Shown piece after piece: positions 51,258 through 63,201 of a stretch of 64,000 bases of DNA. The DNA is taken from positions 2,115-66,114 of the forward strand of contig CAVYHE010000007.1 in NCBI GenBank assembly GCA_963768305.1, in the 5' to 3' direction. Position numbers and translations under genes: made by a program. Every line of letters begins with the position of its first letter. The stretch's first letter is position 1. This stretch comes from an uncultured bacterium. GTDB lineage: Bacteria; Margulisbacteria; WOR-1; CAVSGV01. Below the pieces are notes generated by a model. It made no database searches and was not told the origin of the DNA. It worked only from the letters and a program-made list of their open reading frames with translations.

Positions 51258-51342
51258 TGCCTAGGGCCGGAATCGAACCGGCATGGCCTATTCGGCCAAG
51301 GGATTTTAAGTCCCTCGCGTCTACCAATTCCGCCACCCAGGC
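51258..51342 (-). tRNA. tRNA-Leu (TAA anticodon)
   Basis: The minus strand reads GCCTGGGTGGCGGAATTGGTAGACGCGAGGGACTTAAAATCCCTTGGCCGAATAGGCCATGCCGGTTCGATTCCGGCCCTAGGCA. It has a long variable arm, and the anticodon loop is CTTAAAA. Confidence 0.95.
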
Positions 51343-51345
51343 TTG

Positions 51346-51780
51346 TTAGAACTTCTTGGGCCTTTTGCCTTCCTGTTTTTCCTGAATGTTCTTTTTCAGG
51401 TCCAGAAGCTTTTCTTCACTTTGCTTCAGGAAGTTGTTCATTTTTTCCTCGAATGAATTGGAGAATTTTTTCGGTTCGCGCCGTTCGAATTTTCTGCCCA
51501 CGAAAGGCCTGGAAGAAGGAGAGAACGGCTTTTTCTCTTCCCTCTTTTCAAGTTGCTTTATGGAAAGGTCGTATTTCCCGTCCTTTGTCGATCCTATCAC
51601 GCGGACTTTTACCGTGTCGCCGACCTTGAGATGCTGGGCAACATCGGTAACATAAGAATTTGATATCTGGGATATATGGATGAGCCCCACGTTCTTTTCG
51701 CCCAAATCTACGAAGGCGCCGAATTTCGTGATGCCTGTCACCCGTCCTTCAACGATGCTGTCAATTGCTATTGGCCCCAT
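51346..51780 (-). CDS. S1 RNA-binding domain protein (GSP13/YabR-like)
   Basis: VEGRVTGITKFGAFVDLGEKNVGLIHISQISNSYV is an S1 fold. The tail is lysine-rich. Confidence 0.85.
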   Translation of the reverse strand: MGPIAIDSIVEGRVTGITKFGAFVDLGEKNVGLIHISQISNSYVTDVAQHLKVGDTVKVRVIGSTKDGKYDLSIKQLEKREEKKPFSPSSRPFVGRKFERREPKKFSNSFEEKMNNFLKQSEEKLLDLKKNIQEKQEGKRPKKF

Positions 51781-51799
51781 TGTCTCCCCGCCCGAAAGA

Positions 51800-54132
<2,333 letters not shown>

Positions 54133-54211
54133 TTTAAAGGCGCCTCTTTTCCTTGAAGGTTGACAACGTTCGGGAATAATAATATATTAGTGCAAGGTGT
54201 AAGTCAAATAT

Positions 54212-54568
54212 ATGAAGAGAATCCTGGTAGTTGATGATAATGAGAACATTAGGGTCATTCTGAAGCAGATGCTTGAGGACGGCGGCTACGAGGCGGAGAC
54301 CGCGAAAGGCGGCGAAGAAGCTCTGGAATCGATGAGCCTCAGGCGTTTTGATATGCTCATCGCCGACATAAACATGCCGGGAATGACGGGAATTGAACTT
54401 CTGGAAAAAACAAAGAGGGCATATCCCAATATGCCGGTGATCTTCGTTACCGCATACAGGAAAGACAAGAGTTTGGTCCGCTCTGTTAATATCGGGCTTT
54501 CCGATTACATAGAAAAACCTTTTAAAATGGACGAAGTATTAAGTATAGTTAAAGAACACATGGCCTGA
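54212..54568 (+). CDS. single-domain response regulator (CheY/PilH-like)
   Basis: 118 aa. Motifs seen: ILVVDDNENI, DMLIADINMPGMTG, KPF. Confidence 0.9.
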   Translation: MKRILVVDDNENIRVILKQMLEDGGYEAETAKGGEEALESMSLRRFDMLIADINMPGMTGIELLEKTKRAYPNMPVIFVTAYRKDKSLVRSVNIGLSDYIEKPFKMDEVLSIVKEHMA

Positions 54569-54576
54569 AGCTTGCG
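54561..54576 (+). promoter_or_regulatory. candidate sigma54 (-24/-12) promoter upstream of pilB
   Basis: TGGCCTG-AAGC-TTGCG has GG at 54562-63 and GC at 54574-75, with exact 12-nt phasing. It overlaps the REC stop codon and lies about 37 nt before ATG 54612. Confidence 0.4.
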
Positions 54577-54611
54577 CAAATGTCCCCGGTTAAAAGAAGG
54601 GGAGTGGATCG

Positions 54612-56318
54612 ATGGTTATCAATCAGAGAAAATCCCTCGGAGAAGGCCTGGTAGAACAAAAGATCATTTCCGATGATCAACTTCAATACGCTCAGAAAGA
54701 AAGCGGAAGAACCGGAGAGTCCCTGACAAAGACGCTCATAAAACTTAAGCTGGCCAAAGAAGACGCCATCTCCACTTTTTTTGAAGAGCAGCTCGGTATC
54801 CCGAAAGTCGACCTGAAAAGCTATCTGATAGACCCCAAAATAATCGCCCTTATCCCCGAAAGTCTAGCGAAAAAGCACACGATCATCCCGCTTTTCAAGA
54901 CCGGAGATACTTTGACCATAGCGACAGCGGATCCTCTTAATATCTTTGCCATAGATGAGGTCAGGATAAAGACAAAAAGCAATGTTGAGCCCGCCGTGGC
55001 AACGGAAACTGAGATAAAAGATGCCATTAATCAGTATTATAAGGTGGGCGGTTCAATAGAAGATGTGATCAAGAGCATGGATGTGCAATCATTCATGATA
55101 GAAGAAGGCAGGGGAGAAAAAGAAGAGATCGATGATACGGAAAAGCTTAGGAATATCGCAGAAGAAGCTCCTATCATAAAACTCGTGAATTTGATAATCA
55201 TGCAGGCCGTCAGGGATAAGGCCTCCGACATCCATGTGGAGCCGGAAGACGACCGGCTGGTAGTAAGATACAGGGTTGACGGAATTCTTCATGAACAGGT
55301 GGCCATTCCGAAATTAATGCAGGCAGCGGTGCTGTCCAGGATAAAAATAATGTCCGACATGAATATCGCCACAAAAAGGGTCCCGCAGGACGGAAGGTTC
55401 AAGTTGAATATCGAGGGGAACAGGATAGACATGAGGGTGTCGGCCCTTCCAACAATTTACGGAGAAAATATCGTGATGAGGATCTTGGAAACTTCCAGTA
55501 TTTTGATGGGTCTTGAAAAACTGGGATTTAATGAAAATAATCTTAAAAATTTCAGATCTTTGATCGTGAAACCGCACGGAATTATCCTGGTCACCGGCCC
55601 GACGGGTTCAGGAAAAACAACGACCCTTTATTCAGCGTTGAATGTCATCGATACTCCCGACAAGAACATCATTACTGTCGAGGATCCGGTGGAATACCAG
55701 TTGAGGCGGGTGCGCCAGTCGCAGATAAACATAAAAGCAGGTCTGACATTCGCAACAGGTCTTCGTTCCATCCTCAGGCAGGACCCCGATGTCATAATGG
55801 TGGGGGAAATAAGGGACCTTGAGACCGCGGAGATATCGGTCCAAGCCGCGCTTACCGGCCACCTTGTTTTTTCCACTCTTCACACAAATGACGCTCCCAG
55901 CTCCTTGACCAGGCTGGTGGATATGGGAGTGGAGCCTTTTCTTATTTCTTCCTCCGTTATCGCCATCATTGCCCAGAGGCTTGTCAGAAAGATATGCAAG
56001 GAATGCAAGCAATCCTATGTCCCATCAAAGGAGATCCTAGACAGATTAGGCGCCCAGGTCTCAAGGAACGCGAAATTTTACAGAGGAGAAGGATGCAAGG
56101 TCTGCAAGAACACCGGTTATAAGGGAAGGCTAGGGATATTCGAGATGCTCCTGCTCAATGACAAGATAAAGGACATGGTCCTTACAAAGGTCTCCAGCAC
56201 ACAGATAAAAGCCGCTGCGCAGGAAGCGGGAATGCAAACTCTCCGCGAGGACGGCATAGAAAAAGTTCTTGACGGCTCCACCACTATCGATGAAGTCATC
56301 CGCGTCACGCAAGATTAA
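54612..56318 (+). CDS. pilB: type IV pilus assembly ATPase (GspE/PilB family) with MshEN-like N-terminus
   Basis: 568 aa. Motifs seen: GPTGSGKTT, MVGEIRD, and the tetra-Cys CKEC...CKVC. The N-terminal SLGEGLVEQKIISDDQLQYAQKE resembles an MshEN motif. Confidence 0.9.
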   Translation: MVINQRKSLGEGLVEQKIISDDQLQYAQKESGRTGESLTKTLIKLKLAKEDAISTFFEEQLGIPKVDLKSYLIDPKIIALIPESLAKKHTIIPLFKTGDTLTIATADPLNIFAIDEVRIKTKSNVEPAVATETEIKDAINQYYKVGGSIEDVIKSMDVQSFMIEEGRGEKEEIDDTEKLRNIAEEAPIIKLVNLIIMQAVRDKASDIHVEPEDDRLVVRYRVDGILHEQVAIPKLMQAAVLSRIKIMSDMNIATKRVPQDGRFKLNIEGNRIDMRVSALPTIYGENIVMRILETSSILMGLEKLGFNENNLKNFRSLIVKPHGIILVTGPTGSGKTTTLYSALNVIDTPDKNIITVEDPVEYQLRRVRQSQINIKAGLTFATGLRSILRQDPDVIMVGEIRDLETAEISVQAALTGHLVFSTLHTNDAPSSLTRLVDMGVEPFLISSSVIAIIAQRLVRKICKECKQSYVPSKEILDRLGAQVSRNAKFYRGEGCKVCKNTGYKGRLGIFEMLLLNDKIKDMVLTKVSSTQIKAAAQEAGMQTLREDGIEKVLDGSTTIDEVIRVTQD

Positions 56319-56329
56319 CAATATCCATC

Positions 56330-57544
56330 ATGCCCAAATATTCTTATAAAGCGCGGGATGAATCCGGAAAACCCGTTTTCGGCACAATGGAAGCACCGAA
56401 TACCGACTCCCTTGTCTCAAGGCTGCGGAAGCAGAAATTATTTATCACCTCCGTGACTGAAAAGACCTCCACCGCCGCCATCGATGATTTTTTCATGCGG
56501 TTCACAAAGGTCAGGCTCAACGATCTGATCATGTTCAATTTCCAGCTGTCCAATATGATAGGCGCCGGCATCCCGCTTCCGACCGCCCTGATGTCCCTTA
56601 TTGAGCAGACAGAGAACGAGAAGCTCAGGAACGCGGTAATAAAGATCAATGACGACATTAAAGAAGGCCAGACTTTTTCCGATTCATTGAAAAAGCATCC
56701 GGACATATTCCCTCCGCTGTTCATCAATATGGTGCGCGCGGGCGAGGTGGCGGGCAACCTGGATGAAATATTGGTAAGGCTTTCGACTTTCATGGAACGC
56801 GAATCCGAACTGAAGGCAAAAATATCCACGGCGCTGTTCTATCCCGTGATACTGGCCGTTGTGGGGACTCTTGTTATTATTCTGATAATCGTTACCATAC
56901 TTCCCTCATTCGCCAAGATATTCATTGAATCAAATGTGCCGCTCCCACTGCCCACGCTTATGCTGTATAAAGCCAACATATTAATAAGGGCATATTGGAG
57001 GCAGACCATAGTAGCAGTGATCGGCCTTGATCTATTGCTCAACTGGTATAAAAAGACCGACTCAGGTAAATATTACATTGACAGCGCCCTGCTCCTTCTC
57101 CCTGTCTGGGGGAAGGTCATAAGAGAGTCCACTATTTCCCGTCTTTCCAGGACGCTTGGCTCTCTTATCTCCACCGGCGTGCCCATGCTCCAGGCGCTGG
57201 AAGTGACGGAGCAGACCATAGATAATGCCATAATTTCCAGAGTGCTGAAAAAAGTGTATGCATCCGTAAGCAAAGGCGAAACTATTTCCGCGCCGCTCAG
57301 GGAAAGCGGACAATTCCCCGCGATGGCCATACACATGGTAGCTGTGGGCGAGGAAACAGGCGCTTTGGACACCATGTTGAACAAGGTCGCCGATTATTTT
57401 GATCTGGCCACCGAATACAGTGTAAAAAAGATCACGGCGCTTCTGGAGCCGATGTTCCTGGTCATAATCGGCGGAGCGGTCGGGTTCATATTCGCTTCAA
57501 TACTGCTTCCGATATTCTCGATGGTCAAGACACTGCACAGATGA
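56330..57544 (+). CDS. pilC: type IV pilus platform protein (GspF/PilC family)
   Basis: 404 aa with two T2SSF-type repeats and 3 TM segments. It follows pilB directly. Confidence 0.9.
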   Translation: MPKYSYKARDESGKPVFGTMEAPNTDSLVSRLRKQKLFITSVTEKTSTAAIDDFFMRFTKVRLNDLIMFNFQLSNMIGAGIPLPTALMSLIEQTENEKLRNAVIKINDDIKEGQTFSDSLKKHPDIFPPLFINMVRAGEVAGNLDEILVRLSTFMERESELKAKISTALFYPVILAVVGTLVIILIIVTILPSFAKIFIESNVPLPLPTLMLYKANILIRAYWRQTIVAVIGLDLLLNWYKKTDSGKYYIDSALLLLPVWGKVIRESTISRLSRTLGSLISTGVPMLQALEVTEQTIDNAIISRVLKKVYASVSKGETISAPLRESGQFPAMAIHMVAVGEETGALDTMLNKVADYFDLATEYSVKKITALLEPMFLVIIGGAVGFIFASILLPIFSMVKTLHR

Positions 57545-57609
57545 ACAGAAAAGCAATCTTGTTGCTAATTTTTTTATCGGTTGTATAATGTTTTTCGCTG
57601 ACAGAACTT

Positions 57610-58656
57610 ATGGAAACGAATAGTTTACTTCAAAATGTTATTGAAAAAGGGGCTTCGGACCTTTTGATCATTGCCAATGCTCCGCCCGTCCTCAGGGTCA
57701 ATGACGTGATATCCTATCTTGGTTCCGAGGTCCTCTCCGAGAGCGAATCGAAAGCTCTTATCTACGGCCTTCTCACTCCAAAACAGATAGAGACTTTCGA
57801 GAAGGAAAAAGAGCTTGATTGCAGTTATGAATTGAAGAATGCCGCCAGATTCAGGGTAAATGTTCATTATCAAAGAGGCACGGCCGCGGCGTCATTAAGG
57901 CTTATTCCTTCTGTCATTCCTTCAATGGAAGAACTAAAGCTGCCAAAAGTTGTCTCAGATTTCGCGAATATCGAACGGGGAATGGTCCTTGTCACTGGTC
58001 CCACCGGCGCCGGAAAAACCACTACCCAAGCCTGTATGGTGGATATGATAAACAAAGGCAGGAGTCGCCATGTCATAACGATCGAAGATCCTGTTGAATA
58101 CACGCATAAGAACAATAAAAGCATTATTGAACAAAGGGAAGTCGGAATAGACACCGATTCTTTCAACTCGGCATTGAAAAGAGTGCTCAGGCAGAACCCC
58201 GATGTGATACTTATCGGGGAAATGCGCGACCTGGAAACCATACAAACCGCGATAACCGCCGCCGAGACCGGGCATCTGGTCATATCCACCCTGCACACGA
58301 ATGATTCCGTTCAGTCCATTGACCGCATAATAGACGTTTTCCCCCCCCATCAACAGGCCCAGGTAAGGATGCAGGTCTCGCTTTCACTGCAGGGCATCAT
58401 CGCCCAGCAGCTTGTTTCCAAAAAAGATAACAGCGGTCTTATAGTCGCGACCGAAGTGCTCATACCCACTTCCGCCGTGAGAAATCTAATAAGGAAAGGC
58501 TCCACCCAGGAAATTTATTCAATGCTTGATATCGGCGCGAAATACGGAATGATGTCAATGGACGCTTCCCTGAAGAACCTTTACAAGAACAAGTTGATAA
58601 CTTACGAAGAAGCTCTTCTTCACGCGATGAACCAGGAGCATTTTGATAGGCTTTAG
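57610..58656 (+). CDS. pilT: twitching-motility retraction ATPase
   Basis: 348 aa. Motifs seen: GPTGAGKTT, LIGEMRDLETI, ISTLHTN. Confidence 0.9.
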   Translation: METNSLLQNVIEKGASDLLIIANAPPVLRVNDVISYLGSEVLSESESKALIYGLLTPKQIETFEKEKELDCSYELKNAARFRVNVHYQRGTAAASLRLIPSVIPSMEELKLPKVVSDFANIERGMVLVTGPTGAGKTTTQACMVDMINKGRSRHVITIEDPVEYTHKNNKSIIEQREVGIDTDSFNSALKRVLRQNPDVILIGEMRDLETIQTAITAAETGHLVISTLHTNDSVQSIDRIIDVFPPHQQAQVRMQVSLSLQGIIAQQLVSKKDNSGLIVATEVLIPTSAVRNLIRKGSTQEIYSMLDIGAKYGMMSMDASLKNLYKNKLITYEEALLHAMNQEHFDRL

Positions 58657-58665
58657 GAGGTTTGA

Positions 58666-59136
58666 ATGAGAAAAAATAAAGATTTCACCCCGCAACGAAG
58701 CGTTCCGCGTGCCTCTGGGTTTACGGTCATTGAAATGGTCATTGTAATAGCGGTCATTGCAATATTGATCTCCATAGTGTTCTCTGTCAGGGGGTTTCAG
58801 GTAGAAGCAAAAAAAATAGCGGTGCAAAGCGATCTCAGGGTATTGAGGGTAGCCCTCGAATCATATTACAAAAATTACGGGTATAAATATCCAGCTGTCG
58901 GCACGAACTGGGAGGACACGCTTTCTTCCACTGCTCCCGCGATAATTGATTCAGTGCTTTATGATCCCTTTGCCGTCCCTTCCAATAGTCAATTTGGATA
59001 TGCATTAAGCCCGAATTCCAGCTACTATGTAATCTATTCGGTAGGGCCAAGAGGGACCGGAAGCGCATCTATAGTTGATAACGGCAAAGTCACGGTCTCG
59101 AATGACTCAATATGGGATTCGAACGGTACTCTTTGA
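58666..59136 (+). CDS. type IV pilin (prepilin N-terminal methylation motif)
   Basis: The GGAGG RBS precedes it. Leader ...RASG/FTVIEMVIVIAVIAILISI. The C-terminus has IWDSNG. Confidence 0.85.
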   Translation: MRKNKDFTPQRSVPRASGFTVIEMVIVIAVIAILISIVFSVRGFQVEAKKIAVQSDLRVLRVALESYYKNYGYKYPAVGTNWEDTLSSTAPAIIDSVLYDPFAVPSNSQFGYALSPNSSYYVIYSVGPRGTGSASIVDNGKVTVSNDSIWDSNGTL

Positions 59137-59275
59137 TTTTGTTCGCCGGGTATGATATCATTCGTCCCGCGGCAAGGGGTTAACAAACTCTGGACTTGCC
59201 GGTAAAATATGATATGCTTGTTTTGAGGGGATATTCTGGACTCATCTGAAATTCATGAAAAAAGGGGGTGAATAA

Positions 59276-59740
59276 ATGAAAAAAAGCAAAGGCTTTACGC
59301 TTATTGAACTCCTAATAGTCATGGCCGTTATAGCGATATTGATAGCTATAGCGATCCCGAGTTTCAGAGGCATGCAGCAGGAAGCGAGGAAGACGAAGGC
59401 GCAAGGGGACCTGAGGGTGTTGAAGATCGCCATTGAATCTTACTATAAGAACAACGGCAATGTGTACCCGCCCACAGGCGCCGCCTGGGAAGCTCTTCTG
59501 GCCGGCAATACCATTACGCCAAATATCATTAATTCTGAGCTGTATGATGCGTTCAATCCTACTGCCAACACTGATTATGGTTATGCCGTGAGCCCTTCCA
59601 AGACCTATTACGTGGTCTGGTCGGTAGGCCCACTATGTACTGCAGCTGCGAATGTTGGAAATTACGCGGCATCTGTGGCTGACACCGGAGTAGTCACACC
59701 TACTGATCCAACTGTTATTTGGGACTCGAACGGCCATTGA
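59276..59740 (+). CDS. type IV pilin, paralog
   Basis: MKKSKG/FTLIELLIVMAVIAILIAIAIPSF. It shares LRVLK(I/V)A(I/L)ESYYKN and the C-terminal IWDSNG with the upstream pilin. Confidence 0.9.
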   Translation: MKKSKGFTLIELLIVMAVIAILIAIAIPSFRGMQQEARKTKAQGDLRVLKIAIESYYKNNGNVYPPTGAAWEALLAGNTITPNIINSELYDAFNPTANTDYGYAVSPSKTYYVVWSVGPLCTAAANVGNYAASVADTGVVTPTDPTVIWDSNGH

Positions 59741-59775
59741 TACGTTATTGTCTTTAAAGACATTTTCAAAGGGAT

Positions 59776-59806
59776 GCCCGACTTAAGGTCGGGCTCCCTT
59801 TTTTTT
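59776..59806 (+). terminator. rho-independent terminator after the pilin genes
   Basis: GCCCGAC-TTAAG-GTCGGGC followed by TCCCTTTTTTTT. Confidence 0.85.
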
Positions 59807-59831
59807 CGACCTGTGCTATCATTTGCCTCAT

Positions 59832-60224
59832 ATGAATATCACGCTCCGGATGCGAAGATCGGGCAAAGCAGACGGGTTCAGTTTACTCGAGGTCTTGCTT
59901 GTAATGATAATCCTTATAATGGTTTTTATCCCTCTTCTCCAGATGCTTACGAACGGGATGAACGCCAGTGAGGAAGTGAAGAGCACGAACACTGCGGTTA
60001 TGCTGGCACAAAAAAAGATCGAAGAGATAAAGAACAATTCTTCATGGTCTTCCATAACCGCCGAATCATTGATAACCCTTTCACCGACTTATCCGGCTTA
60101 CTCCAGGCAGGTAAATGTCACGGATCTGGGCAACTTGAAAGATGTCCGGGTCATGGTGTTTTGGGGAACAGGCAGCCAAAAGGCGGACGGCATAACCATT
60201 GAAACATATATATCGAATTTCTAA
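59832..60224 (+). CDS. minor pilin / pseudopilin
   Basis: ...KADG/FSLLEVLLVMIILIMVF is a prepilin motif. I chose the ATG at 59832. Confidence 0.75.
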   Translation: MNITLRMRRSGKADGFSLLEVLLVMIILIMVFIPLLQMLTNGMNASEEVKSTNTAVMLAQKKIEEIKNNSSWSSITAESLITLSPTYPAYSRQVNVTDLGNLKDVRVMVFWGTGSQKADGITIETYISNF

Positions 60225-60699
60225 GGACAGCGCAAAGGGTTACACCCTCATCGAAATGGTCATGGCACTGGCTGTGATGAGCATTGCGATAGTCCTGGTT
60301 TTTTACGGCTTCGCTTCTTCCATGCGGCTTTTTAATGATGAAATGTATGACGCGACTGTTTCCATTGAAGCTCAAAGAGCCATGGAACAGTTAACCGCTG
60401 ATCTGCGCGGCTCACAAAGTATTGAAGCAGCAGGCGCCGAAGATATCACATTTTTGTCCCAGAACCTTTATCCAAGCGGAACTTCTGATGCAATTACATA
60501 TAATTGGACAGGCCAATCCAGCAGGATGATATATAAAACCGTTAATTCGGCGCCATCCCAGGAGATCTCAACGAATATCAGCGACTTTTATTTGACATAC
60601 AGCGGAAATCCCATAAATTCCGTCTATATCCGGATCACCGGACAAAAAGGCACAAGCATAAGCACGCTGGAGTCCAGTGTTAAATTAAGAAATAAGTGA
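60199..60699 (+). CDS. minor pilin / pseudopilin
   Basis: ...SAKG/YTLIEMVMALAVMSIAIVLV. The TTG start overlaps the previous gene. Confidence 0.7.
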   Translation: MKHIYRISKDSAKGYTLIEMVMALAVMSIAIVLVFYGFASSMRLFNDEMYDATVSIEAQRAMEQLTADLRGSQSIEAAGAEDITFLSQNLYPSGTSDAITYNWTGQSSRMIYKTVNSAPSQEISTNISDFYLTYSGNPINSVYIRITGQKGTSISTLESSVKLRNK

Positions 60700-60711
60700 T
60701 ATAATTTCACC

Positions 60712-62357
60712 ATGCCGGAAAAAACAGTTATCGGGCTGGACATAGATGAAAGATCTGTCAAGCTTGCTAAGCTTAAGATATCCGGCGTTGATGTATCACT
60801 TCTAAAGTATTCTGTCCGCAATATCCCCTTATCGGACAATAAAATCTCAGCGATAGCCGGGGTCTTGAAAGAGCTTTTCAGGAATGAGAGGTCCGACACT
60901 GAGGTTTTCACCAGCGCGTCCGGCGCGAATGTAAGCATGAAACGCCTGACCATCCCCGTAATGCCTGACGAGGAAATAAGGAACGCGCTTATCTGGGAAG
61001 CAAAGAATCTGGTGCCTTTCCCCATTGAGAACGCATCCATGGATTTTTACAAAATGGGAAAGGTCACTGATGCCGTCGCCGAGAAATATGACATAATGTT
61101 CGCCGCGGCAGGAAAGGATGTGATGGACCTCCTTTCAGCTGTTTCTAAAGAATCCGGCGTGAAATTCACCGGTGTAACCCTTATCCCGCTTGCTTTGCGC
61201 GCGCTGATAAGCAGGAGCGGCAGATGCGAAAAGAACAAAGTTAACGCTGTCATAGATATCGGGGCCGATTCCGCCAGCATAAACCTCCTTAAGGGCGATA
61301 CTCTTAATTTTACCAGGGAGATCACTGTCGCTGGAGATTCCATCACAAAAGCCATGACCGGCCTTCTGGTGTCCGACCGCTGGCAGATGAACCTGACCTA
61401 TGAGCAGGCCGAGGACATAAAAATAAGATACGGTATACCTGTAAAAGATTCTACCGAAGTCACGGATACGGGCGTTCCTCTCGCTCATGTCTATGAAATG
61501 ATGGCTCCTACTCTGCGAAGGCTGCAGAACGAGATCCTAAGATCTTTTGATTATTACAAGGAAGAATTTAGGGAAGAAAAGATAGACAATATATTCCTTA
61601 CCGGGGGAAGCGCAGGCCTTATGCATCTGGATGAATTCCTTTCGAACGCGCTGGGGATAAAAGTTGGAAGGCTGGATCCCGTTGAAAATCTTAAGATAGA
61701 CCCGTCGTCCGGGATCGATACGGCCGCCCTTAATAAGATATCTATCAGGCTGGCTCTTGCCGTGGGACTGGCGCTGGAGCAGAGCGAAAAAATAAATCTG
61801 CTTAAAATAAAGGTCAAAGTAACGGCCAGGGAAAGGTCCCCGCAGTCCAAAGGTCTTGGCGGCCTGGATGATAAATTAAAAAGGTTTAATATCCATTTAC
61901 CCGCTGGAACTCACGTGAGTGCGGCTTCTTTTAACTTTATTCTGGCTCTGATCGTCGTCATTGCTATTGTTTACAACGTTTTCCTGGCGGGGAGCGGGAC
62001 AAATACAAGAATGAACTTGTATCCAAGCAGGCTATCATGTCGGACGTGAACGCCTTAAATGAAAAAAGGGCGATCCTTCAGCAGATAATCAAAGAGCAAA
62101 CCCATCTGCGGGAGACCCTTTCTCAAATAACCCGAGTACTTCCGGCAGGCGTCACTTTCACGCATTTATCCTATGATAATTCAAAACGCCAGATCACGCT
62201 TGCGGGTGAAGCCGGGAACGCGAGAATAGTCGGCATTTTCCTGAAAAGCCTTCAGGATTCCCCGGATTTCCAGAATGTAGTGCTGTCACAGGTGCGCAAA
62301 GCGACCGAAAATAAAACTGAAAAAGCGGTCTTTCAGATAACCTTTAATCTTACCTGA
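60712..62357 (+). pseudogene. pilM: PilM-PilN fusion, one frameshift in the PilN part in this assembly
   Basis: An actin-like PilM (GLDIDERSVKLAKL...IFLTGGSAGL) runs without a stop into KINLL plus a TM segment (PilN-like). The frame changes at about 61985-61995, where ...VFLA meets ERDKYKNELVSKQAIMSDVNALNEKR from ORF 62037..62357. Confidence 0.8.
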
Positions 62358-62370
62358 TAGAGGGGAAAAA

Positions 62371-63201
62371 ATGGAAGAGTTCATATCTAAATGGCGTGAT
62401 GAGATCGTGGCTATCGCGGTAATGCTTGTTCTGCTTTATGGAATGAACCATTATTTGTATGCGCCTAAATATAAGGAAATAAACGACCTTAAAGCTTCCT
62501 TGAAATCGGTAGATGACGAGATAAGCAGGGTCACCGAGGGGCCTCTACCCGTAAAGGACCTTAATGTGGTCAAGGCAATGATAAAGAGCGAACTGGCAGA
62601 TCTCTCGGCAAAGGTCCCGTCGGAAGGCGAAACTCCGTATCTTATCAATAACTTCATATCCGTTGTCGGAAAAGGATTGAACATAGACTATAATCTGATC
62701 CAGCCTTCGGACCTTGTGCAGGAACAAAAATATAAAAGGCTGCCCCTGCATGTCGAATTCACGGGTACTTACGCGGACACCAATTCCTATCTGGCCCAGC
62801 TAAAACTGCTGCCGGTCACGATAAGAGTGGATTCCATGGATATGAATAAAATTGTCAACCAGAATGTGCTGAATGTAAGCATGTCGCTTTCGGAATTTGT
62901 CCTGCCCGGACCGTCATCGAAGCCACCCGGAGAAGAAAAAGGATATTCATCAATGGCGGACCCATTTTATACCGAAACAGGCAATGAAGAATTGGCTCCC
63001 GCCGCAACGGCGCCGAAAGGTGTCAAACAGCTGAAATATCTGGGTTATGTAAAAGGATTGGTCGAAAGGGCCATAATAAATGACGAGGTCCTAAAGACCG
63101 GGGACAGGATACTTGGCTATAAACTGTTGAAAATACGCAGAGATAATGTTAGCCTTGTCAAGAATGGCACGCATTATGATATTCCGATCGGAAAAAAATA
63201 A
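62371..63201 (+). CDS. PilO-like protein with a PilP-like C-terminal extension
   Basis: One TM segment, a coiled coil and a PilO-type core (PLHVEFTGTYADTNSYLAQL). A linker carrying DPF follows, then LGYVKGLVERAIINDEVLKTGDRILGYKLLKI. Confidence 0.7.
   Translation: MEEFISKWRDEIVAIAVMLVLLYGMNHYLYAPKYKEINDLKASLKSVDDEISRVTEGPLPVKDLNVVKAMIKSELADLSAKVPSEGETPYLINNFISVVGKGLNIDYNLIQPSDLVQEQKYKRLPLHVEFTGTYADTNSYLAQLKLLPVTIRVDSMDMNKIVNQNVLNVSMSLSEFVLPGPSSKPPGEEKGYSSMADPFYTETGNEELAPAATAPKGVKQLKYLGYVKGLVERAIINDEVLKTGDRILGYKLLKIRRDNVSLVKNGTHYDIPIGKK

Noticed and set aside
51151-51336. 61-aa minus-strand ORF (MAELVDARDLKSLGRIGHAGSIPALGS...).
   Set aside because: It is the translation of the tRNA-Leu gene (51258-51342) and its flank. 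The typical tRNA-derived peptide pattern shows it is not a protein gene.
59137-59275. sigma54 promoter upstream of the second pilin gene.
   Set aside because: I checked all GG dinucleotides for a GC 12 nt downstream with TTGC context and found no acceptable match.
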